In this document: positions 47,901-62,629 of the stretch, piece after piece | How the letters are laid out: every line of letters starts with the position of its first letter | Numbering within the stretch: position 1 is the first letter of the stretch | Assembly (NCBI RefSeq): GCF_963921235.1 | Contig: NC_086108.1 | Coordinates: forward strand, 434,001-498,000 | Direction: 5' to 3' | From: Mobula hypostoma | Lineage: Eukaryota | DNA: 64,000 nt | Program-made: the position numbers and the translations under genes | The notes under the pieces: model-generated | Seen by the model: only the letters and a program-made list of their open reading frames with translations | What the model was told of the DNA's origin: nothing | Database searches by the model: none

Positions 47901-49264
47901 AAAGAGTGAGCTGCTGGAGAACTTGGATGGGTTGGGAGGGGTTGGTGAGTATCTGTGGAGGTTCAGAGATGGTCAACATTTTGAGTGGGACCCTGCATCA
48001 GGCTCTGAGGTGTCAACTATTCCTCAACACTCAGCCTGCTGGGTTCCTGTCACATGTTCCAGTGTCTGCTGTCTCTCCTATGTCGGCATCAATAACTATC
48101 AAAAGGCACCAGGCTTCCCTCAGGACGATATGTAGTGTGTGGGATTATGCTGCAACTCTTCCAACTGCCCCGTTAGCTCTCGCCTTTCTTTCCTCACAAT
48201 TGTTTCTGAGAGTTAGGCCAGCTGCTTAGGGAGGCAAGGACCAAGTGGAGTGATGTCCGTGCCGGGCACTGTCCTAGATTGTCTGGTAGGACACTGACCA
48301 CAGATGGCACTTCCAGCTCTGTGTCTAACCTGTGGCATCCCTGTGCAGAAAATATGTGATGCGATGATGTACGGGGGAGCTTCACTCTGTATCCAACTCT
48401 GTCCATGCCCTGGGTGTGTTTGATCACTATGTTTAGAGGATTCTTTAATCCGTATCACATAGAGAGAGACAGAGCAGAACAAGAAAGTGGTATGCACCAG
48501 CTGCTCATACGACCATCCACCACCTGACTTTACATGACCCCGATCAGGGGGGTTAAGCAAGTGCTACACCTTGCCTAAGGGTGACCCGCAGTCTAGTGGA
48601 GGGAAGGAGTGCCTTACACCTCCTTTGGTAGAGACATAACTCCACCCTGCCATCCAAAATTAGTTGATAGAAAGAAATATAGAAATCTACAGCACATTAC
48701 AGGCCCTTCGGCCCACAATGTTGTGCCGACCACGTAACCTGCTCTAGAAACTGCCTGGAATTTCCTTATCCCAGAGCTCTCTATTTATCTAAACTCCATG
48801 TACCTATCTAAGAGTGTCTTAAAAGACCCTCTTGCATCCACCTCCACCACCTTCGCTGGCAGAGTGCATTCCACACACCCACCACTCTCTGGTACAGATG
48901 TGCCTGACACTGTATATCTCCAGGGTACAGTACCGATAAGGATGTGTCTCTCAAAGCAACACACTGAATACCCAATCAATTATCAAATAACTCACAACTG
49001 CACCTCTTTACTGTCTGCTACCCGGAAAGGACCATCTCCTTATACACCTCCCACCTCATGCTCTGATTTATTCACTCCAGATTCTGTCCCTAAGGATTAG
49101 ACCATGGATCCCTAACTTGAATGCTAAGCTCCCTCTATTCCTCAATACTGCCGAAAACCCCACCATTCATGATATAGATTCATCTCAATAAACTTCCAAC
49201 ATGCATCACCTCACATTTGTAAGGTCCATTCAACTCCATCTACCATTTTTCAGCCCATCCTCAG

Positions 49265-52200
49265 CAAGCACGTGAAGGTCGGCCTGTGAACAGCGGGAGA
49301 GTTTAAAAAGCGAGCTGATTAAGAAGGGGAAGGTCATTTCTTCGGCAGTTTGAACGGGGCACAACTGTGCAAGCGCATGAAGTTCTGCTTGTGAGACAGC
49401 GGGAGAGTTTAAAAAGCGAGCAGATTAACGGAGCGGGCGACGGAGTAGTGGGAGACAGAATAGAAAGGCTTTGGCTCGAGGGGCTTCGGCGAGCAGAGGC
49501 TGAGGACGAGCTTGTTCCCAGTGAGGTAAGGCCGGGTAAGTTCCTTTAATTAATCAAATTAACATAGAAGTAGGTAATGGAGGCAGCAGTCAGAGCAGTC
49601 GAGTGCTCTGTTTCCAGTATGTGGGAAGTCAGGGTGGGCAGAATTGTCCCTGATGACTACACCTGTAAAAGGTGCATCCAGCTGCAGCTCCTGACAAACT
49701 GAGTTAGGGAACTGGAGCTGGATCTGGATGAACTTCAGATCATTCGGGAGGCAGAGGCAGAAATAGACAGGAGTTTTAGGGAGACAGTCACCCCTAAGAG
49801 TCAGGAGACAGGTAGCTGGGTGACTGTGAGGAGAGGGAAGGGGAATAGATAGAATGAGCAGAGCACCCATGTGGCCGTTCCCACAGTACATAAGTACATC
49901 GTTTTGGATACTGTTGTTGGGGACGACCTACCAGGGACAAGTTGCAGTGGTTGCGTCTCTGGCACCGAGACTGGACCCTCAGCTCAGAAGGGAAAGAGGG
50001 AAAAGTGGAGAGCAGAAGTGATAGGGGATTTGATAGTTAGGGGGACAGATAAGAGGTTCTGTGGGAGAGATCGAGAATCCCGGATGGTCTGTTGCCTCCC
50101 TGGTGCCAGAGTCTGTGATATCTCGGATCGAGTTCTCAGTATTCTCAGAAGGGAGGGTGAGCAGCCAGATGTCGTGGTCCATGTAGGGACCAATGACGTG
50201 GGTAGGAAGAGTGAGGAGGTTCCGCAAAGAGAGTTCAGGGAGTTAGGTGCAAAGTTGAAGGACAGGACCTCCAGGGTTGCAATCTCAGGATTGCTACCCG
50301 TGCCACGTGCTAGTGAGGATAGAAATAGGAAGATAATGCAGCTAAATACGTGGCTAAGGAGTTGGTGCAGGAGGGAGGGCTTCATGTTTCTGGACAATTG
50401 GGCTTTGATCCAGGGAAGGTGGGACCTGTTCCGACAGGACGGATTGCACCTGAACTGGAGGGGGATTAACATCCTTGCGGGAAGGTTTGCTAGTGCTGCT
50501 CCAGGGGGGTTTAAACTAGATTTACAGGGGGAGGGGAACCAGAGTGTTAGAGCAGATAGTGAGGTGGAGGAGGATAAAGGTCATGCGAGAACTGCAAGTA
50601 TAGTGCATGGAGTAAAGCCACGTCCAATATATAAAGAGGCTTTGAGGAAAGAGAAGCAGAATAAATGGTGTAAAGGTAGTAAGGTAGAAAGGCGAAAGTG
50701 CGTGTACTTCAATGCAAGAAGCATCAGGAACAAAGGTGATGAACTGAGAGCTTGGATACATACATGGAATTATGATGTAGTGGCCATTACAGAGACTTGG
50801 CTGGCACCAGGGCAGGAATGGATTCTCAATATTCCTGGATTTCAGTGCTTTAAAAGGGATAGAGAGGGCGGAAAAAGGGGAGGAGGGGTGGCATTACTGG
50901 TCAGGGATACTATTGCAGCTACAGAAAGGGTGGGTAATGTAGCAGGATGCTCTTTTGAGTCAGTATAGGTGGAAGTCAGGAACAGGAAGGGAGCAAATAC
51001 TCTATTGGGGGTATTCTATAGGCCCCCTGGTAGCAGCAGAGATACCAAGGAGCAGATTGGGAGGCAGATTTTGGAAAGGCGCAAAAATAACAGGGTTATT
51101 ATCATGGGTGACTTTAACTTCCATAATATTAATTGGCACCTGATTAGTTCCAATTGTTTAGATGGGGCAGAGTTTGTTAAGTGTGTCCAGGACAGATTTC
51201 TGTCACAGTATGTTGACAGGCCGACTAGGGGGAATGCCATACTAGATCTAGTACTAGGTAATGAACCAGGTCAGGTCACAGATCTCTCAGTGGGTGAGCA
51301 TCTGGGAGACAGTGACCACTGCTCCCTGGCCTTTAACATCTCTTGCAGGATGTTAGGGATAAATTTGTCCCAGTGAGGAAGATAAAGAATGGTAGGGTGA
51401 AGGAACCATGGGTGACAAGTGAGGTGGAAAATCTAGTCAGGTGGAAGAAGGCAGCATACATGAGGTTTAGGAAGCAAGGATCAGATGGGTCTATTGAGGA
51501 ATATAGGGTAGCAAGAAAGGAGCTTAAGAAGGGGCTGAGAAGAGCAAGAATGGGGCATGAGAAGGCCTTGGCGAGTAGGGTAAAGGAAAACTCCAAGGCA
51601 TTCTTCAATTATGTGAAGAACAAAAGGATGACAGGAGTGAAAGTAGGACCGATTAGAGATAAAGGTGGGAAGATGTGCCTGGAGGCTGTGAAAGTGAGCG
51701 AGGTCCTCAATGAATACTTCTCTTCGGTATTCACCAATGAGAGGGAACTTGATAATGGTGAGGACAATATGAGTGAGGCTGATGTTCTGGAGCATGCTAA
51801 TATTAAGAGAGAGGAGGTGTTGGAGTTGTTAAAATACATTAGGACGGATAAGTCCCCGGGGCCTGACGGAATATTCCCCAGGCTGCTCCACGAGGCGAAG
51901 GAAGAGATTGCTGAGCCTCTGGCTAGGATCTTTATGTCCTCGTTGTCCACGGGAATGGTACCAGAGGATTGGAAGGAAGCGAGTGTTGTCCCCTTGTTCA
52001 AAAAAGGTAGCGGGGATAGTCCGGGTAGTTATAGACCAGTGAGCCTTACACCTATGGTGGGAAAGCTGTTGGAAAAGATTCTTAGAGATAGGACCTATGG
52101 GCATTTAGAGAATCATGGTCTGATCAGGGACAGTCAGCATGGCTTTGTGAAGGGCAGATCATGTCTAACAAGCCTGATAGAGTTCTTTGAGGAGGTGACC

Positions 52201-53392
52201 AGGCATATAGATGAGGATAGTGCAGTGGATGTGATCGACATGGATTTTAGTAAGGCATTTGACAAGGTTCCACATGGTAGGCTTATTCAGAAAGTTAGAG
52301 GGCGTGGGATCCAGGGAAGTTCGGCCAGGTGGATTCAGAATTGGCTTGCCTGCAGAAGGCAGCGGGTGGTGGTGGAGGGAGTACATTCAGATGGGAGGGT
52401 TGTGACTAGTGGTGTCCCACAAGGATTGGTTCTGGGATCTCTACTTTTCGTGATTTTAATTAATGATCTGGATGTGGGGGTAGAAGGGTCGGCTGGCAAG
52501 ATTGCAGACGACCCAAAGGTTGGTGGTGTTGTAGATAGTGTAGAGGATTGTCAAAGATTGCAGAGAGACATTGATAGGATGCAGAAGTGGGCTGAGAAGT
52601 GGCAGATGGAGTTCAACCCGGAGAAGTGTGAGGTGGTACACTTTGGAAGGACAAACTCCAAGGCAGAGTACAAAGTAAATGGCAGGATACCTGGTAGTGT
52701 GGAGGAGCAGAGGGATCTGGGGGTACATGTCCACAGATCCCTGAAAGTTGCCTCACAGGTAGATAGGGTAGTTAAGAAAGCTTGTGGGGTGTTAGCTTTC
52801 ATAAGTCGAGGGATAGAGTTTAAGAGTTGCGATGTAATGATGCAGCTCTATAAAACTGTGGTTAGGCCACACGGAGTACTGTGTCCAGTTCTGGTCACCT
52901 CACTATAGGAAGGATGTGGAAGCATTGGAAAGGGTACAGAGGAGATTTACCAGGATGCTGCCTGGTTTAGAAAGCATGCATTATGATCAGAGATTAAGGG
53001 AGCTAGGGCTTTACTCTTTGCAGAGAAGGAGAATGAGAGGAGACATGATAGAGGTATACAAGATATTAAGTGGAATAGATAGAGTGGATAGCCAGCACCT
53101 CTTCCCCAGGGCACCACTGCTCAATACAAGAGGACATGTCTTTAAGGTAAGGGGTGGGAAGTTCAAGGGGGATATTAGAGGAAGGTTTTTTACTCAGAGA
53201 GTGGTTGGTGCGTGGAATGCACTGCCTGAGTCAGTGGTGGAGGCAGATACACTCGTGAAGTTTAAGAGACTACTAGACAGGTATATGGAGGAATTTAAGG
53301 TGGGGGGGTTATATGGGAGGCAGGGTTTAAGAGTCGGCACAACATTGTGGGCTGAAGGGCCTGTACTGTGCTATACTGTTATATGTTCAATG
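49265..53392 (+). mobile_element. Near full-length CR1 LINE (subfamily B) with 5' UTR and an internal deletion at about 51341
   Basis: ORF1 from ATG at about 49577 (ECSV..MWE..CKRC, GDLIVRG, HVGTND, DGLH); EN; 521-aa RT segment; 3' tail. Confidence 0.95.
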
Positions 53393-53872
53393 TCACCACT
53401 ACATCGATACCTCTCTCTCACCTTCTTAACCACCATCAAATCTGTAATGACTCTCTCTTGTCCATGAACTTACTGATCTAGCCTCTGATCTAGAGTTGAA
53501 ATCTCATTTCCATCATGAGCATGAGCCTCCATAATATCCAGGACATCTTCAAGGAGTGAAATTTCAGAAAACGGTTTCCATTATTAAGGACCATCACCAC
53601 CCAGGACTTAGCTGTTTCTCTCTGTTACCGTCAGGAAGGAGGTACAGGAGCCTGAAGGCACAGGATCAATGATTCGGGAGGAAGCTCTTTCCCATCTGCT
53701 ATCTGATTTTTAAGTAGGTTTTGAGCCCATGAACATTTCCTCACTACTTTTTCTTTAATTTCTGCCTTTTCACGACTTATTTAATTTAACTATTTAATAT
53801 ATTCAGTATATACTTACAGTAATTCACGCTTTTCATCTATTATTATGAATTTCATTGTACTGCTGTAAATTT

Positions 53873-56800
53873 CATAGAAACATAGAAACATAGAAAATAG
53901 GTGCAGGAGTAGGCCATTCGGCCCTTCAAGCCTGCACCGTCATTTATTATGATCATGGCTGATCATCCAACTCAGAACCCCACCCAGCCTTCCCTCCATA
54001 CCCCCTGATCCCCGTAGCCACAAGGGCCATATCTAACTCCCTCTTAAATATAGCCAATGAACTGGCCTCAACTGTTTCCTGTGGCAGAGAATTCCACAGA
54101 TTCACCACTCTCTGTGTGAAGAAGTTTTTCCTAATCAAGGTCCTAAAAGGCTTCCCCTTTATCCTCAAACTGTGACCCCTTGTTCTGGACTTCCCCAACA
54201 TCGGGAACAATCTTCCTGCATCTAGCCTGTCCAATCCCTTTAGGATTTTATACGTTTCAATCAGATCCCCCCTCAATCTTCTAAATTCCAACGAGTACAA
54301 GCCCAGTTCATCCAGTCTTTCTTCATATGAAAGTCCTGCCATCCCAGGAATCAATCTGGTGAACCTTCTTTGTACTCCCTCTATGGCAAGGATGTCTTTC
54401 CTCAGATTAGGGGACCAAACCTGCACACAATACTCCAGGTGTGGTCTCACCAAGGCCTTGTACAACTGCAGTAGTACCTCCCTGCTCCTGTACTCGAATC
54501 CTCTCGCTATAAATGCCAGCATACCATTCGCCTTTTTCACCGCCTGCTGTACCTGCATGCCCACTTTCAATGACTGGTGTATAATGACACCCAGGTCTCG
54601 TTGCACCTCCCCTTTTCCTAATCGGCCACCATTCAGATAATAATCTGTTTTCCTATTTTTGCCACCAAAGTGGATAACTTCACATTTATCCACGTTAAGT
54701 TGCATCTGCCATGAATTTGCCCACTCACCCAACCTATCCAAGTCACTCTGCATCCTCTTAGCATCCTCCTCACAGCTAACACTGCCACCCAGCTTCGTGT
54801 CATCCGCAAACTTGGAGATGCTGCATTTAATTCCCTCATCCAAGTCATTAATATATATTGTAAACAACTGGGGTCCCAGCACTGAGCCTTGCGGTACCCC
54901 ACTAGTCACCGCCTGCCATTCTGAAAAGGTCCCATTTATTCCCACTCTTTATTTCCTGTCTGCTAACCAATTCTCCATCCACATCAATACCTTACCCCCA
55001 ATACCGTGTGCTTTAAGTTTGCACACTGATCTCCTGTGTGGGACCTTGTCAAAAGCCTTTTGAAAATCCAAATATACCACATCCACTGGTTCTCCCCTAT
55101 CCACTCTACTAGTTACATCCTCAAAAAATTCTATGAGATTCGTCAGACGTGATTTTCCTTTCACAAATCCATGCTGACTTTGTCCGATCATTTCACCGCT
55201 TTCCAAATGTGCTGTTATCACATCTTTGATAACTGACTCCAGCAGTTTCCCCACCACCGACGTTAGGCTAACCGGTCTATAATTCCCCAGTTTCTCTCTC
55301 CCTCCTTTATTAAAAAATGGGGTTACATTAGCCACCCTCCAATCCTCAGGAACTAGTCCAGAATCTAACGAGTTTTGAAAAATTATCACTAATGCATCCA
55401 CTATTTCTTGGGCTACTTCCTTAAGCACTCTAGGATGCAGACCATCTGGCCCTGGGGATTTATCTGCCTTCAATCCCTTCAATTTACCTAACACCACTTC
55501 CCTACTAACAAGTATTTCGCTCAGTTCCTCCATCTCACTGGACCCTCTGTCCCCTACTATTTCTGGAAGATTATTTATGTCCTCCTTAGTGAAGACAACC
55601 AAAGTAATTATTCAATTGGTCTGCCATGTCCTTGCTCCCCATAATCAATTCACCTGTTTCTGTCTGCAGGGGACCTACATTTGTCTTTACCAGTCTTTTC
55701 CTTTTCACATATCTATAAAAGCTTTTACAGTCAGTTTTTATGTTCCCTGCCAGTTTTCTCTCATAATCTTTTTTCCCCTTCCTAATTAAGCCCTTTGTCC
55801 TCCTCTGCTGAACTCTGAATTTCTCCCAGTCCTCAGGTGAGCCACTTTCTCTGGCTAATTTGTATGCTTCTTCTTTGGAATTGATACTATCCCTAATTTC
55901 TCTGCTCAGCCACGGGTGCACTACCTTCCTTGATTTATTCTTTTGCCAAACTGGGATGAACAATTGTTGTAGTTCATCCATGCAGCCTTTAAATGCTTGC
56001 CATTGCATATCCACTATCAATCCTTTAAGTGTCATTTGCCAGTCTATCTTAGCTAATTCACGTCTCATACCTTCAAAGTTACCCCTCTTTAAGTTCAGAA
56101 CCTTTGTTTCTGAATTAACTATGTCACTCTCCATCTTAATGAAGAATTCCACCATATTATGGTCACTCTTACCCAAGGGGCCTCTCACGACAAGATTGCT
56201 AATTAACCCTTCCTCATTGCTCAAAACCCAGTCCAGAATAGCCTGCTCTCTAGTTGGTTCCTCGACATGTTGGTTCAAAAAACCATCCCAAATACATTCC
56301 AAGAAATCCTCTTCCTCGGCACCTTTACCAATTTGGTTCACCCAATCTACATGTAGATTGAAGTCACCCATTATAACTGCTATTCCTTTATTGTACACAT
56401 TTCTAATTTCCTGTTTAATACCATCTCCGACCTCACTACTACTGTTAGGTGGCCTGTACACAACTCCCACCAGCGTCTTCTGCCCCTTAGTGTTACGCAG
56501 CTCTACCCATATCGATTCCACATCTTCCCGGCTTATTTCCTTCCTTTCTATTGCGTTAATCTCTTCTTTAACCAGCAACGCCACCCCACCTCCCCTTCCT
56601 TCATGTCTATCCCTCCTGAATATTGAATATCCCTGAACATTGAGCTCCCATCCCTGGTCACCCTGGAGCCATGTCTCTGTGATCCCAACTATATCATAAT
56701 CATTAATAACAATCTGCACTTTCAATTCATCCACCTTATTACGAATGCTCCTTGCATTGACACACAAAGCCTTCAGGCGCTCTTTTACAACTCTCTTAGC

Positions 56801-57626
56801 CCTTATACAATTATGTTGAAAAGTGGCCCTTTTTAATGCTTGCCCTGGATTTGTTGGCCTGTCACTTTTACTTTTCTCCTTAGTACTTTTTGTTTCTACC
56901 CTCACTTTACACCCCTCTGTCTCTCTGCACTGGTTCCCATCCCCCTGTTGTGAACTAACCTCCTCACACCTAGCCTCTTTAATTTGATTCCCACCCCCCA
57001 ACCACTCTAGTTTAAAGTCATCTCAGTAGCCCCCGCTAATCTCCCTGCCAGGATATTGGTCCCCCTAGGATTCAAGTGTAACCCGTTCTTTTTGTACAGG
57101 TCACGCCTGTGCCAAAAGAGGTCCCAATGATCCAAAAACTTGAATCCCTGCCCCCTGCTCCAATCCCTCAGCCACGCATTTATCCTCCACCTCATCGCAT
57201 TCCTACTCTCACTGTCGCGTGGCACAGGCAGTAATCCCGAGATTACTACCTTTGCGGTCCTTTTTCTCAACTCCCTTCCTAGCTCCCTATATTCTCCTTT
57301 CAGGACCTCATCCCTTTTCCTACCTATGTCATTGGTACCTATATGTACCACGATCTCTGGCTCCTCACTCTCCCACTTCAGGATATCTTGGACACGATCA
57401 GAAATATCCTGGACCCTGGCACCAGGGAGGCAAACTACCATCTGGGTCTCTGGACTGCGTCCACAGAATCGCCTATCTGACTCCCTTACTATCGAGTCCC
57501 CTATCACAACTGCCCTCCTCTTCCTTGCCCTACCCTTCTGAGCTACAGGACCAGACTCTGTGCCAGAGGCACGGCCACTGTCGCTTCCCCCGGGTAAGCT
57601 GTCCCCCCCAACAGTACTCAAACAGT
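53873..57626 (-). mobile_element. CR1 LINE (subfamily A), ORF1 esterase and ORF2, inserted in a Rex1/Babar 3' tail
   Basis: Near-identical to 11327-15292; Rex-type sequence on both sides (53520-53870 and 57627-57670 ...ctgattctga). Confidence 0.95.
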
Positions 57627-59289
57627 TGAGTACACATGCCGGTGATATTAAAACCTGTTTCTGATTCTGAATTCTACATCCACATCCAAGTCATTGTGAG
57701 GACTTACAGGTGAACAATGAATGAGGTTGGATTTTATGTACGCAGTGAGTTGGATCATAAGATGCAGGAGTGAAATTAGGCCATTCGGCCCATTGAGTCT
57801 GCTCCACCAGTCCATCATGGCTGATTTATTATCCCTCTCAACCCCATTCCCCTGCCTTCTCCCCATAACCTTTGATGCCCTGACTAATCAAAAAACTATC
57901 CAGCTCCCCCATCTCCCTTCATCCCTCCCTTATCTCACGCCCCTTCATCTTCCCCTTTCCTGTTCTCCCCCTCTCCTCTTTTCCCAGGGTTCACAGGGGT
58001 AGTTGGTGGGTGGCTATCACTGGTAACTCTACGTTCAAACCTGCGTGTACTTACTGACCAGTGCAGCCGCTCCTTGGCCTTTGCCCAGAACAGGGGAGCA
58101 TCCTACACAGACAGGAAGCCACCCCATCTCGTGGCTGGAACAGATGTTTTCGTCTGGAGATAAGGGTCACGTGGTGGAAAATGAGTGTTTCAGAGGAAAT
58201 GGCAGTATGCGTCTGCTTGCTTCTAGATTAAAAACTGCATCCTGGTCAAATGGTGACAAGGAGATAAAGTTTTCCCTTTTCTCCTCCATCCCTCAATTGA
58301 CCCCATCCTCTTGTCTGTCTGTCCCCCCCCCCCAGCTCTTTGTGTCACTAACCTTCTAGTCTCCTTGGATTTATTCTCACTTCAATTGCCACTGTTCCGC
58401 ACAAGTGACCTTGGGCCAATTCCAACTGGGAAAAATAGCAGACAGGCACACAGTGCGTTAGTAACTGGATTTCATCCAGCCACCAATTAGCTACTTATTG
58501 GACAGACTGTAGTTGACAAAAGTTAACCTCTTCTCTGCCAATGATACCTTTCCTTTGAGTGAACACTCCCAAGATACCTTCCAGGAATGTTAACAGTCGA
58601 TGCCTGACTACACTGGGAGATTTTGGGAAGTCAAAAGTCTGATGTCTGTGAGTCTATTGGAATCAGCCTGATCTAGGGTTGTGTGGGTGAGTGGGTGGGT
58701 AGATAGAAGGGAGGAAAATGACCTGTTTTAGAGTCATAAAAAAATACAGCAGGGAACAGGCCCTTTGAGCCATCTAGTCCATGCCAAACCATTTGAACTG
58801 CCTACTCCCACCGACCTGCACCAAGACCATAGCCCTCCATACACCTAACCAAATTTCCCTTAAATGTTAAAATCAAGCTTGCATGCACTATTTGTGCTGG
58901 CAGCTTGTTCCTCACTCTCACCACCTTCTGAGTGAAGGGTTCCCCTCTTGTTTCCCTTAAACCTTTCACCTTTCACCCTTAACCCATGATCCTTAGTTGT
59001 AGTTCCACCCAACTTCAATGGAAAAAGCTGTTATTGTTTGTTGTTGCTTGTGTTGTTCTGCCAAGCATTGTGGGCATGCAATGTTTGGCACCAGAATATG
59101 TAATGACACTTGGCGATTGCCCCAGCTCATCCTTGTGCATTGATAGTTAATGTAAATGACACATTTCATTTTATATTTCAATGTACATGTGATAATTAAG
59201 TCTGAATGTGAATTTGAGAAGGATAGACAGAGCCCATAGAAGTGGATGCATTATTAACCTGTGATTATACCAGCTGTTCTACTGAGGCC

Positions 59290-60080
59290 TGTTGCTGAGC
59301 AAAGGGATCTTGGGGTCCAAGTTCATAGCTCCAAGAAAGTGGCTACACAGGTCGATAAGGTGGTTAAGAAGGCTTATGGAATGGTTGCTTTTATAAGTTG
59401 AGGCCTTGAGTTCAGAAGTCAAGAAGTTATGTTGCAACTTTATAAAATTCAGATTTGGACTTATTTACCATATGTACATTGAAACGTAAAGTGAATTGGT
59501 CATTTGCATTAACAATCAATGCACAAGGATGAGCTGGGTGCAGCTGCCAAGGGCCATATCTGGAGAATTGCACACAGTCCTGGTCGCCCCAGTACAAGAA
59601 GGATGTTGAGGCTTTGGAGAGGGTGCAGAAGAGGTTTACCAGGATGCTGTCTGGTTTAGAGGGCATGTGCTATCATGAGAGGCTGAACAAACTTGGGGTG
59701 CTTTCTTTGGAGCATCAGAGGCTGAGGGGAGATCAGATAGAGGTTTACAAGATTATGAGAGACAGAGATAGAGTAGACTGAGTGCAGCCTTTTCCCAGGG
59801 TAGAAATGTCTAATACTAGAAGGTGCATTGAAGGTGAGGTGGGGAGGGAGGTAAGATTTTTACTCAGAGTGGTGGATGCCTGGAATGCACTGCCTGGTCT
59901 GGTGGTGGAGGCAAACACATTTGGATAGGCACGTGGATGTGAGGAAGATGGAGGAATTTGGACATTGTGTAGGTAGAAGGGATTAGTTTTTTTTGGGGGG
60001 GGAGGTTAATTTACTTTTTATCTGGTTCAGCACAACACTGTGGGCTGAAGCGTGTGTCCCAGAGCTGTACTCTTCTATGT
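59290..60080 (+). mobile_element. CR1 3' fragment
   Basis: EQRDLGVQVH, LERVQKRFTRML and WNALP-like segments. Confidence 0.8.
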
Positions 60081-60494
60081 TCAAAGTTCAGAGTACATTT
60101 ATTTTCAAAGTATGTCTATATTATACAAACTCACAGGCAGCCACAAAACAAATAAATCCAAAAAATATATATATAGGAAAAGAAGACAGTTAAACACCCG
60201 ATGTGCAGAGAAAAAAAAACACAAGCAAATTGTGTTCTTAAATGACGTCCGTATGAGAGTCCTACAGTTCAGCGTGGAGCCGAGTTAACCTCGTGGAGCA
60301 GTGATCTGAGCTAGCCCCAACACGCTGACCTACGTAATCGTGGGCTGTCATGTTGGCACTGGAATGTGTGGCAACACTTGTGGGCCGCCCCCCCCCCAGC
60401 ACGTCCTTAGGTTATGTTGGTTGCTAATGCAAAGGATGCATTTCACTGCATGTTTCAATGTACATGTGATAAATAAATGAATGTGAATCAGAAA

Positions 60495-61825
60495 ACCTAC
60501 TTCAGAAACAGAATTGGGTTTAATATCACTCGCATATGTTGTGAAATTCGTTAGCTTTAAGGCAGCAGTAATAGTTAAGTTAAAAAAAAAGGAGTGAGGT
60601 AGTGTTCATGGGTTCAATGTCCATTCAGAAATCGGATGCCAGAGAGAAGAAGCTGTTCCTAAATCATTGTGTGTACTTTCAGGCTTCTGTACCTCCTTCC
60701 CAATGGTAATAATGAAAGGAGGGCATATCCTGGGTGTGGGGGTCCTTAATGGTACATCACTCCTTGAAGATGTCTTGGGTACTATGTAGGCTAGTACTCA
60801 TTTTGGAGGTAACTAATTTTACAAGTTTCTGCAACTTACTTGATCCTGTCTGCAGCCTCGTCTCCCCCACCCCCCACACCAGGCTGTGATGCAACCCGTC
60901 AGAGTGCTCTCTGCGGTACAGTTGCAGAAGTTTTCGAGTGTTTTAGTTTTGCTTTCTTGTTTTCTCATGAACTCAAAAAATATATCTGAAGAAGCCGAAA
61001 ATCTGAAATAAAACAGAAAATGCTGGAAACACTCAATGGGCCGGGCAGCATCTGTGGAGGGAGGGACAGTTTAACATTTCAGGTTGGTGAGACTTCATCG
61101 GAACTAAATGAGAGTATTGAAAATCAGAATACTGTAGATGCTGGAATTAATTCTGTATTCAAAGTTCAAAGTAAATTTATTATTAAAGTACATATATGTC
61201 ACCATGTACAACTCTGAGATTCATTTCCTTGTGGCCATACTTAATAATTCTATAGAATAATAACTATAACAGAATCACTGAAAGACCACACCAACTTGAG
61301 TGCTTAACCAGTGTGCAAAAGACAACAAACTGCAAATACAAAAGGAAAGAAATAATAACAATAAATAAATAAACAATAAATATCAAGAACATGAGATGAA
61401 GAGTCCTTGAAAGTGAGTCCATAGGTTGTGGGAACAATTCAGTGATGGGGCGAGTGAAGTTCAGTGAAGTTATCTCCTTTGGTTCAAGAACCCGGTTGAG
61501 GGGTAATAACTGTTCCTGAACCTGGTGTGAAACCCAAGGCTCCTGTACCTTCTTCCTGAGTGCATGTCCTGGATGGTGGGGGTCCCTGATGATGAATGCT
61601 GTCGTGCTGCGACAGTGCTTCATGTAGATCTGCTCAATGATGGGGAGGGATTTACCTGTGATGGACTGGGCCATATCCACTACTCTTTCATACCAGGCTG
61701 TGATGCATCCAGACAATAGGTTCTCCACTACACATCTGTAGAAGCTTGTCAAAGTTATAGATGCCATGACAAATCTCTGCAAATTCCTAAGGAAGCAGAG
61801 ACACTGCTGTGCTTTCTTCATGAGA
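60495..61825 (-). mobile_element. Degraded Rex1/Babar 3' fragments
   Basis: KKAQQCLCFLRNLQRF...FYRCVVENLLSGCITAWY...IIRDPHHPGHAL. Confidence 0.7.
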
Positions 61826-62629
61826 TAAAGAGAACTTCTGGCCCATTGGCCTTTATGAATCAGAGTATTGAGTACAGGGGTTGGGATGTAATGCTTGAAG
61901 TTGTATAATATGTCGATGAGACCAAATTTGGAGCGTTGTGTACAGTTCTGGTCATCTATTATGTCTAGTTTAATTATCATTCAACCATTCATGAATATAG
62001 TCAAACAAAACAGTGTTCCCTGGAGCCAAGGTGTAAAACATACACAGCACAAGGCACACACAGCACATACAGGATAGGAAGCAAACATACAGTCTTACAA
62101 AACAGAAGTGTGTATATATAGCCCAAGCCCCTGAGTGCCATGTTTTCAAATTGTCGGGTCATGGGTGCAATTGGCAAGAAAACACGATTTTCAGTAATCC
62201 ACAGACAAATATATGCCCACAATCCAGCAAGAGAGTCCAGCCCCCAACCAAACATGGATGCTGTGCTACACTGCCTCGGGATCTCCTCTCCTAAATTGTA
62301 GCAACAGCTAAGTCCACGGCTTGAGGCCTAGTCCTTGCTACTGCCAGAGTACACAACTCGCCCATCCGCTGCCACACCAACAAACAAGGGAAATGGAATT
62401 ACGGCATCTTAGGTTATCAATGCCCAACAGGGTCTTGCGATTGCAAGAGAAAATGTCCAAGCAATCTCCCAACAACACAGTAGCAGGCAGCAACACAAAC
62501 GGCTTGCTGACCTGCAGTACCCAAAGTTCTTAAAGTCCATTATTGACTTGGGATCATAAAAAAATACAAAAACACCTTTGGTTGTCCCTGGAGAGGCCAC
62601 TGTGTCCAAACACACTGCCATCATACTGG

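Noticed and set aside
58128..58270. SWLEQMFSSGDKG resembles the start of a PLC EF-hand exon
   Set aside because: The similarity is limited to a few residues, the continuation needs a frameshift, and there are no convincing splice sites
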